In this document: in pieces, positions 12,820 through 23,484 of the stretch
How positions within the stretch are numbered: the first letter of the stretch is position 1
Layout of the letters: each line of letters opens with the position of its first letter
From: Octopus bimaculoides
Taxonomy: Eukaryota
NCBI RefSeq assembly: GCF_001194135.2
Contig: NC_068992.1
Location: 27,705,981-27,739,039 of the forward strand
Length of the DNA stretch: 33,059 nt
Reading direction: 5' to 3'
Made by a program: the position numbers and the translations under genes
The notes under the pieces: model-generated
Seen by the model: only the letters and a program-made list of their open reading frames with translations
Databases searched by the model: none
Told to the model about the DNA's origin: nothing

Positions 12820-13830
12820 ACTTTTAATGTCCGTTTTCCATACTGGCATGGGTTGGACAGTTTGACAAGAGTTAGGAAGCTAGAAGACAGTGCCAAGCTC
12901 TATTGTCTGCTTTGGCATGGTTTCCAATGGTGGGTGCCCTTCCTAACATCAACTACTCTACAGAGTGTACTGGGTGCTGTTTTCATGGCACCAGCACCAG
13001 CAGGGTAGCTAAGTAACTTGCAAAACAAAAACCCTTTGACTGGAAGGGGGAGTACTATTAAAGGAAGTGGCTTTGTGCCAGTTGATGAGAGGTTAACCCA
13101 TTACCTACCAGTGATCTCATATGAGATCACTTAAAAATTACAAATTTCGTAATTATCTGTCAATATATCTATCTAACCTTTGCTATATCTACTAGGTATA
13201 TTTCTCTGATATTCAAATGAGGTTAGCTAATTTTTCACCCAATATCTCGCTTATTTCTATTTAAAATGTTATTTTGAAATGTTATTTTGATCATTCCAGC
13301 GTGTTTCTAAGGCTGTTTTATGCTAGAAATCAAAGTTACATAAAAAAAATTCCAGTTAATAGATATAGGAGGTAATAGGTTAAAGAGCATAATAAAGGGA
13401 TAGAGATAGGTGTCTTGCTGTAGAGGAAATACATGGGTACCCCAGTTGGGAAAGAAAGGAGAAAGCGAGGAGGTAAGAGAGAAAGAGAGGAGGTAAGAGA
13501 GAAAGAGAGGAAGTAAGAAAGAAAGAGAGGAGGTAAGAGAGAAAGAGAGAGAGGTAGGGGATGGACATGTGTCAGGACATACCCTCAAGGTACAAAGGGT
13601 GGGGAATATCGATGAGGCGATACTGAAGATTGGACTGGGAGAGTGGGTGGGGAAATAGCTGGGGAAGTTTTATGAGAGTGTGAGGTGAAGTGGTTAGAGG
13701 TGGGATGGAAGTGACTGTAGCAAGTAATGGTAGGAGATATAGGAGTGGCTTGGGGGAAGTGTGGAGGTTGTGATTGATATGTGGGGGCATTAAGAGTGAT
13801 AGCAGATAAGAGAAGTGCTAAGAATGGAGT
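12820..13830 (-). mobile_element. Old RTE-tail-related element, interrupted by a piggyBac-type MITE
   Basis: Family blocks at 12820-13000. The continuation GGCTTTGTGCCAGTTGATGAGAGGTTAA|AGAGCATAATAAAGGGA aligns with the uninterrupted copy at about 19505-19560. Confidence 0.65.
13097..13379 (+). mobile_element. piggyBac-type MITE (283 bp) with TTAA target-site duplication
   Basis: TTAA at 13093-13096 and 13380-13383; termini CCCATTACCTACCA and TAGGAGGTAATAGG (11/14 inverted match); perfect 20-bp palindrome GTGATCTCATATGAGATCAC at 13111-13130. Confidence 0.8.
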
Positions 13831-13849
13831 GTAATAGGGGAGAAGCAAT

Positions 13850-14150
13850 ATGGCAGATTCCTGGACCAGGTTGTGTGTTGTGTTCTTGAGCCAGACACCT
13901 TATTTCATGTTGCTCCATTTCATTCAACTGTAGAAATGATTTGTAACATCACTGGTACCAAGCTGTATTGACCTTTGCTTTTCCCTTGGATAACATCAGT
14001 GGCATGGAAAGGAGAGCCTGGTATGCATGGGTGACTGCTGGTCTTCCATAAACAACCTTGCCTGAACTTGTGCCTCAGAGGAGAACTTTCTTGATGCAAT
14101 CCCATGGTCATTAATGACCAAAGGAGGTCTTCACCCTTCTTTAGAAACAG
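13850..14150 (+). mobile_element. SINE family C fragment
   Basis: TGTGTTGTGTTCTTGAGCCAGACAC...GTAGAAATGA central block resembling the CORE-like domains of tRNA SINEs; single copy in this window. Confidence 0.5.
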
Positions 14151-14309
14151 TGGGCAAGGAAGATAAATGAGAAATGGAAGCAACTGGTGGTGATGGTGGG
14201 GAAACAAAAAAGAGAGGGGTGTGTAAGGGTGTAGTATGTGCCTATTCTGCTTTCAGGGGATTATAGCAGTTGAATATTACCATAGATAGAGGAGTGATGG
14301 ATGTTAGTG

Positions 14310-14470
14310 AAAAGAGGCAAAAGTGTGGCTGTGTAGTCAGAAGTTTGCTTCCCATCCACATGATTCTGGCTTTATTTCCATTGTGTGACACCTATGTTCT
14401 ACTATAACCCAAAGCCAATCAAAGCCTTGTGAGTCAGTTTAATTAATGGAAACTGAAAGCCCATCATATC
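14310..14470 (+). mobile_element. SINE family B 5' half
   Basis: GTGGCTGTGTAG (A-box-like), AAAGCCTTGTGAGT and GGAAACTGAAAGCCC blocks. Confidence 0.65.
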
Positions 14471-15343
14471 AATAATATTGATTCACCAATTTGTTTTTTG
14501 TATGTACCTGACGTGTGTGTCATGCTTAAGAGAAAGAAATTTTTGAAAGAAATTTTGTTGCTAAAATAAAAAATTTTAACTAGATCTCTTGTAATTTCTG
14601 GAAGAGATTTGAAAGCACCACCCATGTGTTGTATTACTACTTCTCAACACCCATGCCTACTGGTCCACCAAAGAAGCAATGATCTTAATGGGAAAATTAA
14701 GATACTTAAATTTGATGCACATGTCAAGCAAGGGAGAGAGGAAGTGAGAAAGAAAGAGAGAGAGAGTGAGAGGGAGTGGCTGAGTTCTTTTGAATTCCTT
14801 TCTATTATTGAACTGAAATTGACCCCTAGCTATTAAAGGCCCAACCACACACACATACATTTGTTTTAGGTCTTCTACCCATTTGAATTTGGCCATACAC
14901 CAGATAAGTCTTATGTTCCGAAATTTAAATTTTGAATTTGTTTTAATTATAAAATTACACCTCAGCTAAAAAATCGTCTGGCTTTCGAATACAACCTTTT
15001 CTTTCTCTTTCTATATTTTTGTTAAGTTACAATTTCTCTGTTTTGGTCAGGATTCTTCCAATTTCCTTTTTCTTGTATCAAGTAATGGATGAAAGCATTA
15101 CAAAAAAAATTAAATTCATAGAGCTAAACAAAATCAAAAATATTAATTCTATTTTTTCCTTTTCCTTAATACTAACAAGAGATCTATAGAATAAGTACCA
15201 AGCTTTAAAAATAAGTATTGGGGTCGATTTCTTTGACATTAAAAAAACCTCTAAAGTAATGCCCAAGCATGGTTGCAATCCTATGCTTGAAACTAGTAAA
15301 AGGTATATAGATATCTATATAGATAGATATAAATAGATTGGTA

Positions 15344-16170
15344 TATGCAGGTCGACTGAAAAGTTCATAGGCTGACCACAATACTCTCATGGAATGAGAT
15401 TAAATGAGATTTATTTTTCAACATAGTCCTCCTTGTGGTCCACACACTTCTTCTATTGGTGTTGCAGTGCTTTCATCCTGTTGGTCAAAAAAGTCATCAA
15501 TAGCAGATATGAAGCCATCATCACTATGATACTGGTTCCCAGCCTAGTGTCTTTTCATGTTGAAGAGCAGGTGATAGTTAGATGGAGCCAAATCAGGAGA
15601 ATAGGGAGGGTGATAAGTTTGAAGCCACAGTCACACATGGCAGCCATTGAAACCAAAGACTTGTGTGCTGGAACACTGTCCTGATGAAACAAGACCCCTT
15701 TCATCAGTTCTCCTGGGCATTTGGTCTTGATAGCCTTTTTGTAATTACTTCAGCAAGTTGGCATAGTACTCTCTATTAATGATTTGGCTCTTTTAAAGAT
15801 ATGGCCCTTTTGCATCCCAAAAAACTGAGACTGTCACCTTCTCTGCAGATGAAACTACCTTGGCCTTCTTTAGATCAGGTGAGGAGGAGTGTTTTGACTG
15901 AATGGACTGTCTCTTTGTCTTTGGCTCAAAGTGATGAACCCAACACTCACCCAGGGGTTAGGAAATGTTCAAGGAAACCAGCTGGATCTGTCTCAAATAA
16001 TGTCAGATTTTGCCATGATGTGATCAGCCTGGTGTGCTTTTGGTTAGGTGTCAGAAAGATGTGACATCCACGAAGCAGAAACCTTTGTAATGCCAATTTA
16101 ATTGTGCAGAATATTCTCAACTCTCTCCCAATATATCCTAATAGCATTGGCCATTTGATCTATAGTCAGT
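15344..16170 (-). mobile_element. Truncated mariner transposon (irritans-like); one TIR plus the 3' part of the transposase pseudogene
   Basis: TIR-like TATGCAGGTCGACTGAAAAGTTCATAGGCTGACC. Minus-strand remnants: FLTPNQKHTRLITSWQNLTLFETDPAGFLEHFLT, FHQD, HPPYSPDLAPSNYHL and EDYVEK* (stop at 15411-15413). No second TIR found. Confidence 0.9.
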
Positions 16171-16323
16171 CACCCATCATCAATAGCACACCACACACAC
16201 AGATATAAACACATTTATATATATTAGCTGGACTTGTAAAAATTTCATGGAAAATTTTTAAAATGTAAGCATCTGTCAATTGTGTGCTGGTGCCATGAGA
16301 AATATTTCTATATTGTGATAGTT

Positions 16324-16456
16324 AAAGGTGGTGAGCTGGCAGAATTGTTAGCACACCAGCCGAAATGCTTAGCAGTATTTCATCTGCCTTTACATTCCGA
16401 GTTCAAATTCTGTCGAGGTCGACTTTGCCTTTCATCCTTTTGGGGTCGATAAATCA
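16324..16456 (+). mobile_element. SINE family A copy, 3'-truncated
   Basis: Alignable to 252-385. Confidence 0.85.
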
Positions 16457-18470
16457 ATGTTTTCCTTAGTGCAGCAGTTGCAGGATGTCCAAACCTTGGG
16501 TCATCTTCAAGACTCTCCCTTCCCCTCCAAAATTCAGCTACCTACTTTTGCACTGTTGATAAAGTTGTAAGATACCTATTAATTGACTCTTGAATGGTCA
16601 CTACTGTAGGTATAATGATGTCTATAAATATACAGTCCTTGACAAGCAGCAGAACTCTGCTAAAATATATATTGAAGCATCAGTTAATTTTAAGCATCAA
16701 TTTTTAGCTCAGTTTATTACATTTACCTCTGCAAAACACAAAACTTCTACCTTACAAGCTAACCACATACACCACCTCAAGAATAATTGCATCCCTTATA
16801 GTATTACATGCTCAATCATTAATACAGTAAAACCTTACCAGGAAAATTAAGCTCATTGTGATTTATGCAGTAAAGAATCTATCAAAATCTTAAAACATAA
16901 TCCTTATTACTTCTTAAACTGCCAAAGTGAAGCTATTATCACTTGTGTTCATTGATTCTTTGAAACTTTCTGGCTTTGCCACAGATCAATATGTGATGCA
17001 TAGACTACATTTATGTACTTTGCAATAACTTGATTAGTGGGTTCCATAATCTCCTTAATTTACTCTGGACCTTCTAATTTCATACATTAGATCATCCTCT
17101 GTTATTATATTCTGACCTACTTTTATTGGTATCTTTAAGCATATATGGCCATGGGAAAATATTGAGTTCCACCTGGAGTATCAAGGAAGCAAATTTCCTT
17201 TTCTCATTACTGAACATTTTCAAAAATAGACTTCTCTCTTATTTACTGTGAGTTTGAGTTCATGGTCGTTGATACAGGATCTTAACGTATCAACACTGTG
17301 TTACGTAGAGAGAAGCATTTTTTTTAAATGTTCTTGACCATTCGCATGGAATGTTGCTATCTCCTATTCTTCCAGTGTCCCCTTTTCTCCTATTCCATCT
17401 CTTTTTTTTACTTTTTCATAGCTTCTGGTAATCACTTTAGACTCTAATCCTTTGCCTACCAACTGAATTTATATTTAAAATCATATCTCTTCAATTTCTC
17501 TTAAACTTATTATTATGTGTTTATTAATGTGTGAATCACTAATAAAAAGGAAAACTACATTCAGTCATGACTGTAATTTAAATTTGCATCTACAAAATTT
17601 GACTCAGAATTATTAAAATTGATTTAAAAAGGGAATGAAAAAAAATTGAAAGAAAGGGAGATGGGTGAGTGAAGGGAAGTAAAAGATGGTAGTAGCATAA
17701 GACAGAAAGAGAGAGTGAGAAGGGAGAAGGAGAGAGGGGAAATTGGCTGTAAGAGAAACTAAAAAGATTAAATTAATGAAGACAGATGATGAAATCAGAA
17801 GGACCAAAAGACAAAGAGAAAAGTAAGGTGAAAGAAGTGGAAGAGAAAAGGGAGGAACAAAAGACTAGGAGAGATAAAAGAAATAGAAAGTATAGGTCAG
17901 AGGTTGGAGGGAGAACGAAATAGAAAGAAGGAGAAATACTGGAATCAGCAAAGCATTCAATGAGGAGCAAGAAAAAGGGTAGAATAGTAAAACATAAGAA
18001 TTCAACAAAAGAAAGAGAAGAGAAGGTGGAAGCACACACACACACACAGAGGTATAATGTATATAATATTTATTATCATTGGTGACTATTTACTGTAAAG
18101 TCTCTCTAATGCTGGCTTCACAAAGCAATGAAGGTAGAAACAGCCTGAAAAAAAAGAGTAAGGAAGTGTTACAACAAATAGAGATTGACCCAGCTAACCT
18201 GTTCCAGCATGGAAAAGCATATTTAATAATCACTTGCTTAAAAGCCGCACTCCGTGTGGACTTTTAAGCTAGCTTCTGTGGAAGACTAATTAGACTTGTG
18301 GTCCAAAACTAATGAGAGCTGAATAGCATGACTATAATACATCTATATTGACTATATGCCCCCAACGGTGTTTGAAAATTAATTCTGTAATGTAATCATT
18401 TTATTGTTAAAGTTCCAAGTTGAATTCCTACTATTGGCCAATTTGTCCCAAAATTCTTATCTTGATGTAA

Positions 18471-18723
18471 AACTGGAATTTTTTTATGAAACTTTGATTT
18501 CTAGCATAAAACAGCCTTAGAAACACGCTGGAATGATCAAAATAACATTTCAAATAGAAATAAGCGAGATATTGGGTGAAAAATTAGCAAACCTCATTTG
18601 AATATCAGAGAAATATACCTAGTAGATATAGCAAAAAGGTTAGATATGTGTAAATATTGACAGATAATTACGAAATTTGTAATTTTTAAGTGATCTCATA
18701 TGAGATCACTGGTAGGTAATGGG
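18471..18723 (-). mobile_element. Second copy of the piggyBac-type element end
   Basis: Near-identical reverse complement of 13097-13357; ends in GGG|TTAA (18724-18727); same 20-bp palindrome at 18690-18709. The other terminus was not found. Confidence 0.8.
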
Positions 18724-19014
18724 TTAACAAAGTGAATGTCATTTATCTCCCCCTTGATCTCTGACAACATTTGACAAACACCAACCAAGATGACATTAAT
18801 CAGCCAAGATTCACCTGCTAGAAATAGCAATTAAAACACTTTTAAATCAGATCCTAATGCTGGATGTTCAAGAACCAGATGAAGGGCAGATTTTCAATCC
18901 TGAGATCACTCTGATTCCAAAAACATATATGCTTATGTAGAGCAAATGTAGACTGAGATACAGGGGTTCTAGATGGACAGACAGAATTTCTCATTTATTA
19001 TTACAGATGATGAC

Positions 19015-19238
19015 AAGGCAGTGAGCATAGCAGAATCATTAGCACACCAGGTGAAATGCTTAGTGGTATTTTGTCTGTCACTACATTCTGAGTTCAAATT
19101 CCGCCGAGGTTGACTTTGCCTTTTATCCTTTCAGGGTCGATAGAATTAAGTACCAGTGAAACACTAGGGTCGACATAACCAGCTAGTCCTCTCTCCACAA
19201 ATTTGAGGCCTTGTGCCTTCAGTAGAAAGGATTATTAT
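19015..19238 (+). mobile_element. SINE family A copy
   Basis: Alignable to 252-455. Confidence 0.85.
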
Positions 19239-19249
19239 AGATGATGATG

Positions 19250-19800
19250 GCCATATATGTTTCTATGCATGTCCCTTTTTCCATGATGGTATTGGCAGCA
19301 TGGTTCAACAGGAACTAACAAGCCAAAGAACTATGCCAAGCTTCACTGTCCTTTTTGGCCTGGTTTCTACAGCCAGATGCCGTTTGTAATACCAACCACT
19401 TTACAGAGTGTTGTGGATATTTTTACATGGCACCAACACCAGTGAGGTCCCTGAGCAACTTGCAAGACAAGAACTTTCAAGTGAATTGGGGTGTAGCACT
19501 GAGGGAGGTGGCTTTGTGCTAGGGGATGAGAGGTCAAAGTATAATAGAGGGACAGGAACAAGTGTAAAGATGACTGGACAGGGTGAATGGGTAGGTAAGT
19601 TTACATGAGTGTAAAGAGAATGGGAGACAGAGGGGAGGGAATGCAGTGGGTAGGGAACATGAATGGAGTGAGGTGTTAGGAAGATGAGTTGTGGGGAGAG
19701 ATTCATCTGGGACAGATTGTGAGTAAACATGCTTTTAACTGAAGGACAAATATTGGGAGATTCATGCAAAATTGTGAACACAATTGCAAAAGGTTTTGAC
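19250..19800 (-). mobile_element. Old RTE-tail-related element
   Basis: TTTCTACAGCCAGATGCC...TTACAGAGTGT blocks plus the GA-rich extension shared with 12820-13830. Confidence 0.6.
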
Positions 19801-19929
19801 ATGAGTGAGATGAAGAACTAGTAGGATCCAATGTTATTATTCATGATATTCAAACTTATAAACAAGGGAGTTCCCTATATAATGATTTCCTGTTTCTTCA
19901 TATAAGGGCAACATTTTTAAGGAATCTTA

Positions 19930-20090
19930 AAACCCCACCCTCAAGGACAATTACTCCTGAGAACAACAGATGATGATTTAAAACTTCTTAATATATTGGA
20001 GAGGGGGTAATTAACCAAGGGGGTTAATTGTCCTAGAGGGTAGTTGTCATTGGGGGGAATTGTCCTATGGTGGGGTAATTGTCCCGATAT
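19930..20090. repeat. G-rich short-repeat cluster, probable MITE remnant
   Basis: About five GGGG(T)AATTGTCC-like units at 20003-20085 and one inverted unit GGACAATTACTCC at 19945-19957. Confidence 0.55.
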
Positions 20091-20184
20091 GTTTTTTTAA
20101 GACAGTGAGATAGGATTTGTGTGAAATTTGGTTGCTATTTCTAGCAGATCAAGCAACCACATAAATATTTCCAGTGATTTCATA

Positions 20185-20530
20185 TAGGTGGAGGCATGGC
20201 TGTATGGTTAAGAAACTTGCTTTGCAAACATGTGGCTTCAAGTTCAGTCCCTCAGTGCAGCACCTTGGGCCAGCCAATACCTTGTGAGTGAATTTGGTAG
20301 ACAGAAATAACTTATGTGTGTGATTGTGTTTGTCCCCACCATCACCACCACTTGACCAATGTTGGTTTGCTTACATCCCTGTAACATAGCACTTTGGCAA
20401 GAGAGACTAATGGAATATGTACTAGACTTTAAAAAAATAAAGTCCTGGGGCTGATTTGTTTGACTAAACCCTCCAAGGTGTGCCATAGCATGGCCGCAGT
20501 CCAATGCCTGAAACAAGTAAAAAGACAACA
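20185..20530 (+). mobile_element. Near full-length SINE family B (tRNA-like head, CORE-like motif, internal (TG)n)
   Basis: A-box-like GGCATGGCTGTATGG, B-box-like AGTTCAGTCCC, CACCTTGGGC, and 3' end CCTGAAACAAGTAAAA. Confidence 0.85.
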
Positions 20531-20818
20531 AAAAAAAATAGAAAAAAGATAGCCCCAGCAGATTGTTTACAGTCACTAATATATACGTGTCCAAAGGGAC
20601 CCTGAAGAAACCAAAATTTCCCCAAAGCACAGACACCTGGAAGACTGTAATCCATGATATGTCTGAGAAACACTTAGAATGTGTCAAATAACAACTTTAG
20701 ATTTGAATAATACAACAGAAGAAATGGCATTGAAGTATTTCTGTAACTTAGATTCCTTGCTTTGGTGGAGAGTGAGACTGACCATGATGAATTACTTGGA
20801 ATCTTATTACTACGACAA

Positions 20819-21153
20819 TTGTGTACCTCTGTGCATATGTATGTGTGTGTATATGCTTATGTCTGCCTCTGTNNNNNNNNNNNNNNNNNNNNNNNNNNNN
20901 NNNNNNNNNNNNNNNNNNNNNNNNNNNNNNNNNNNNNNNNNNNNNNNNNNNNNNNNNNNNNNNNNNNNNNNNNNNNNNNNNNNNNNNNNNNNNNNNNNNN
21001 NNNNNNNNNNNNNNNNNNNNNNNNNNNNNNNNNNNNNNNNNNNNNNNNNNNNNNNNNNNNNNNNNNNTGTGTACCTCTGTGCATATGTATGTGTGTGTAT
21101 ATGCTTATGTCTGCCTCTGTGTGTGTGTGTGTGTGTATGTGCTTATGTCTGCT

Positions 21154-21197
<44 letters not shown>

Positions 21198-21360
21198 TAT
21201 GTCTGCCTCTGTGTGTGTGTGTATACTTATGTCTGCCTGTGTGTGTATATGTGTGTGTGCTTATGTCTGCCTCTGTGTGTATGTGTGCGCATGTGCTTAT
21301 GTCTGCCTCTGTGTGTGTTTGTGTGTGTGCTTATGTCAGCCTATGTGTGTGTATGTATGT
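20819..21360. repeat. Degenerate (GT)n-derived minisatellite (GTGTGCTTATGTCTGCCTCT units) spanning an N-gap
   Basis: Unit visible many times; 20819-20872 is repeated exactly at 21068-21121 on the other side of the gap. Confidence 0.9.
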
Positions 21361-21534
21361 CTGTGATTATGTGTATATGATGGTGCATTTGTGCTTGTTC
21401 ATATAATAATGTATTAAATGTATTGTGTGAATGTTAGCGTGTATGTTTGACAGTGTATGTGTGTTTGATATACATGTGAGAGACAGACAAATGGAATGGA
21501 GGGCATATGTATGCATCTTACTCTCTTTTTTTTG

Positions 21535-21950
21535 GTATCTTTTATTTGTTTTAATCATTGGACTGTGGCCATGCTGAAGCACTGCCTCAAAGGGTTTAGC
21601 TGAACAAAATAACCCCAGTACTTATTCTCTAAGTCTGGTACTTATTCTCTAAGTCTGGTACTTATCCTATTGGTCTCTTTTGCTAAACTGCTAAGTTGTG
21701 GGGATGTAAACAAACCAACACCAGTTGTCAAACAGTGTGTATTATCATCATTATCATCATCATCATCATCATCTTTTAACATCCGCTTTCCATAATTGCA
21801 TGGTTTGGATGGTTTGACTGAGGACTGGCAAGCCAGGGGGCTATGCCAGACTCCAATCTGTTCTGGCAAGGTTTCAACAGCTGGATGCCCTTCCTAATGC
21901 CAACCACTCCAAGAGTGTAGTGGGTGCATTTTACATGCCACCAGCACAGA
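21535..21950 (-). mobile_element. SINE B 3' half (about 21535-21740) followed by an RTE 3' fragment (about 21765-21950)
   Basis: Family blocks on the minus strand, separated by (CAT)n; a 22-bp tandem duplication at about 21620-21665. Confidence 0.75.
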
Positions 21951-22110
21951 AACAGTATTAGTACCTAAAAGCAATCCATATATCTTATTTAATATGGATA
22001 CATTAACAAAATTCCACAATACTCTGCTATTCATCTTGAGAAGGCATCTCATAAAAGCATATAGTGCTAAAAAAAGTACTACACATCTAAACATGCAATG
22101 ATAGTTGATA

Positions 22111-22158
22111 GTTGCTACTGATGATGCACAAATATGCAGAAATCCCATGATCTGCAAT
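22111..22158 (+). ncRNA. Candidate degenerate minimal type I hammerhead ribozyme
   Basis: GTTGCTA-CTGATGA-TGCA(CAAATA)TGCA-GAAA-TC(CCAT)GAT-C-TGCAAT: intact core, 4-bp stem II, 3-bp stem III, AUC triplet; stem I needs a 1-nt bulge. Confidence 0.45.
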
Positions 22159-22201
22159 CCACTACTGATACTGGATATTTTTCATCTGCTACTGATCATC
22201 A

Positions 22202-22873
22202 TCATCATCATCATCCAGTGTTTTAAATCCAGGTTTTGTCTCCATTAACGGAGGTGGCTGGATTTACCTCAATGTCATAGCAACCAAGGTAGGCAGGTGC
22301 AGCCCACTCCAACTCTTGGGCTGGTTGGTGCCCATTTTCCTTTGCTATCATGAGGCTTTTTTGGAGCTGGATTTTCTATGTGGTGAGAAACTAGTTCAGG
22401 ATACTTTTATGCTTTTAGCACTATATGTCCCTACAAGATGCCCTCTCAAGACAAATGCCAAATTATTGTAGCATTCTGTTTATATATCCACATTAAGTAA
22501 GATATGCATATATATATCTATGTTAAGATATATATATATATATATATATATANNNNNNNNNNTATATGCATATCTTACTTAATGTGGATATATAAACAGA
22601 ATGCTACAATAATTTGGCATTTGTCTTGAGAGGGCATCTTGTAGGGACATATAGTGCTAAAAGCATAAAAGTATCCTGAACTAGTTTCTCACCACATAGA
22701 AAATCCAGCTCCAAAAAAGCCTCATGATAGCAAAGGAAAATGGGCACCAACCAGCCCAAGAGTTGGAGTGGGCTGCACCTGCCTACCTTGGTTGCTATGA
22801 CATTGAGGTAAATCCAGCCACCTCCGTTAATGGGGACAAAACCCGGATTTAAAACACTGGATGATGATGATGA
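22202..22873. repeat. Inverted repeat with 311-bp arms (2 mismatches) centred on (TA)n plus a 10-N gap
   Basis: 22202-22512 is the reverse complement of 22563-22873 except at 22231 and 22241. Each arm looks like a LINE 3' end with a (GAT)n tail. Confidence 0.95.
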
Positions 22874-23225
22874 GGAAGAAATATGCTAAGCTACTGGAAT
22901 TATGCCTAAGCAATAGGTGGCAAGCATGGTGTGAACCCATCAAGGTGGGATGCAGAGGGTTTACAGGCCAGTCCCTCTACACAGCTTACAGCATCCTTGG
23001 CATTACAGGGGGCAGTAAGCCATCAAGTTGGCTGTGGAGGCAGCAGATCTTGCCTCAAGATGGTTGGGGATCAGAAGATAAGAGCCCTGGAATGGGCAGG
23101 ACTACCAGGAGTAGTGCTAACTGGACACAAGTTGAGACCTGATCAATCTTCGGTGAGAGTGTCTGATGTTGAAAGACCTGAAATACCTCATGACCACGTG
23201 ATGATTGTCCAGCTGCATCACAGAA
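22872..23225 (+). mobile_element. 3' fragment of an RLE-type (HERO/NeSL-like) non-LTR retrotransposon
   Basis: RKKYAKLLELCLSNRWQAWCEPIKVGCRGFTGQSLYTAYSILGITG..., then in another frame AVEAADLASRWLGIRR, matching the K..KY..L...C...GW.....P.EVG.RG...A..AS.WLW restriction-like endonuclease end. The 3' UTR contains GTGTCTGATGTTGAAAGACC. Confidence 0.8.
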
Positions 23226-23231
23226 TGTTCA

Positions 23232-23254
<23 letters not shown>

Positions 23255-23283
<29 letters not shown>

Positions 23284-23455
23284 TGTTTGTCCCCCACCAC
23301 CACTTGACAACTAGTGTTGGTGTGTTTACAGCCCTGTAACTTAGCAGTTCAGCTAAACAGATCAATATAATAAGTACCAAGCTTAACAAAAAATAAGTAC
23401 TGGAGTTGATTCATCCAACTAAGATTTCTTCAAAGTGGTGCCCCAGTGAAAGATA
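23255..23455 (+). mobile_element. SINE family B 3' half after (GT)n
   Basis: GTTTGTCCCCCACCACC...TGGTGTGTTTACA...AATAAGTAC blocks. Confidence 0.7.
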
Positions 23456-23484
23456 AAAGATATATATATATCATCATCATCATC

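Noticed and set aside
15682-15712. CTGATGA-containing hairpin as a hammerhead
   Set aside because: It lies in mariner coding sequence (around the FHQD motif); there is no stem II followed by GAAA and no stem I/III.
13097-18723. A single 5.6-kb composite piggyBac with ~260-bp TIRs
   Set aside because: The left copy has its own right TIR and TTAA at 13366-13383, and its host element resumes immediately afterwards, so these are two independent insertions.
20819-21121. Exact 54-bp direct duplication flanking a gap
   Set aside because: Most likely an unmerged contig overlap within a minisatellite.
23160-23190. CTGATGTTGAAAGACCTGAAATACC as a hammerhead
   Set aside because: The core is CTGATGT, stems I and III cannot be formed, and it is part of the HERO 3' UTR.
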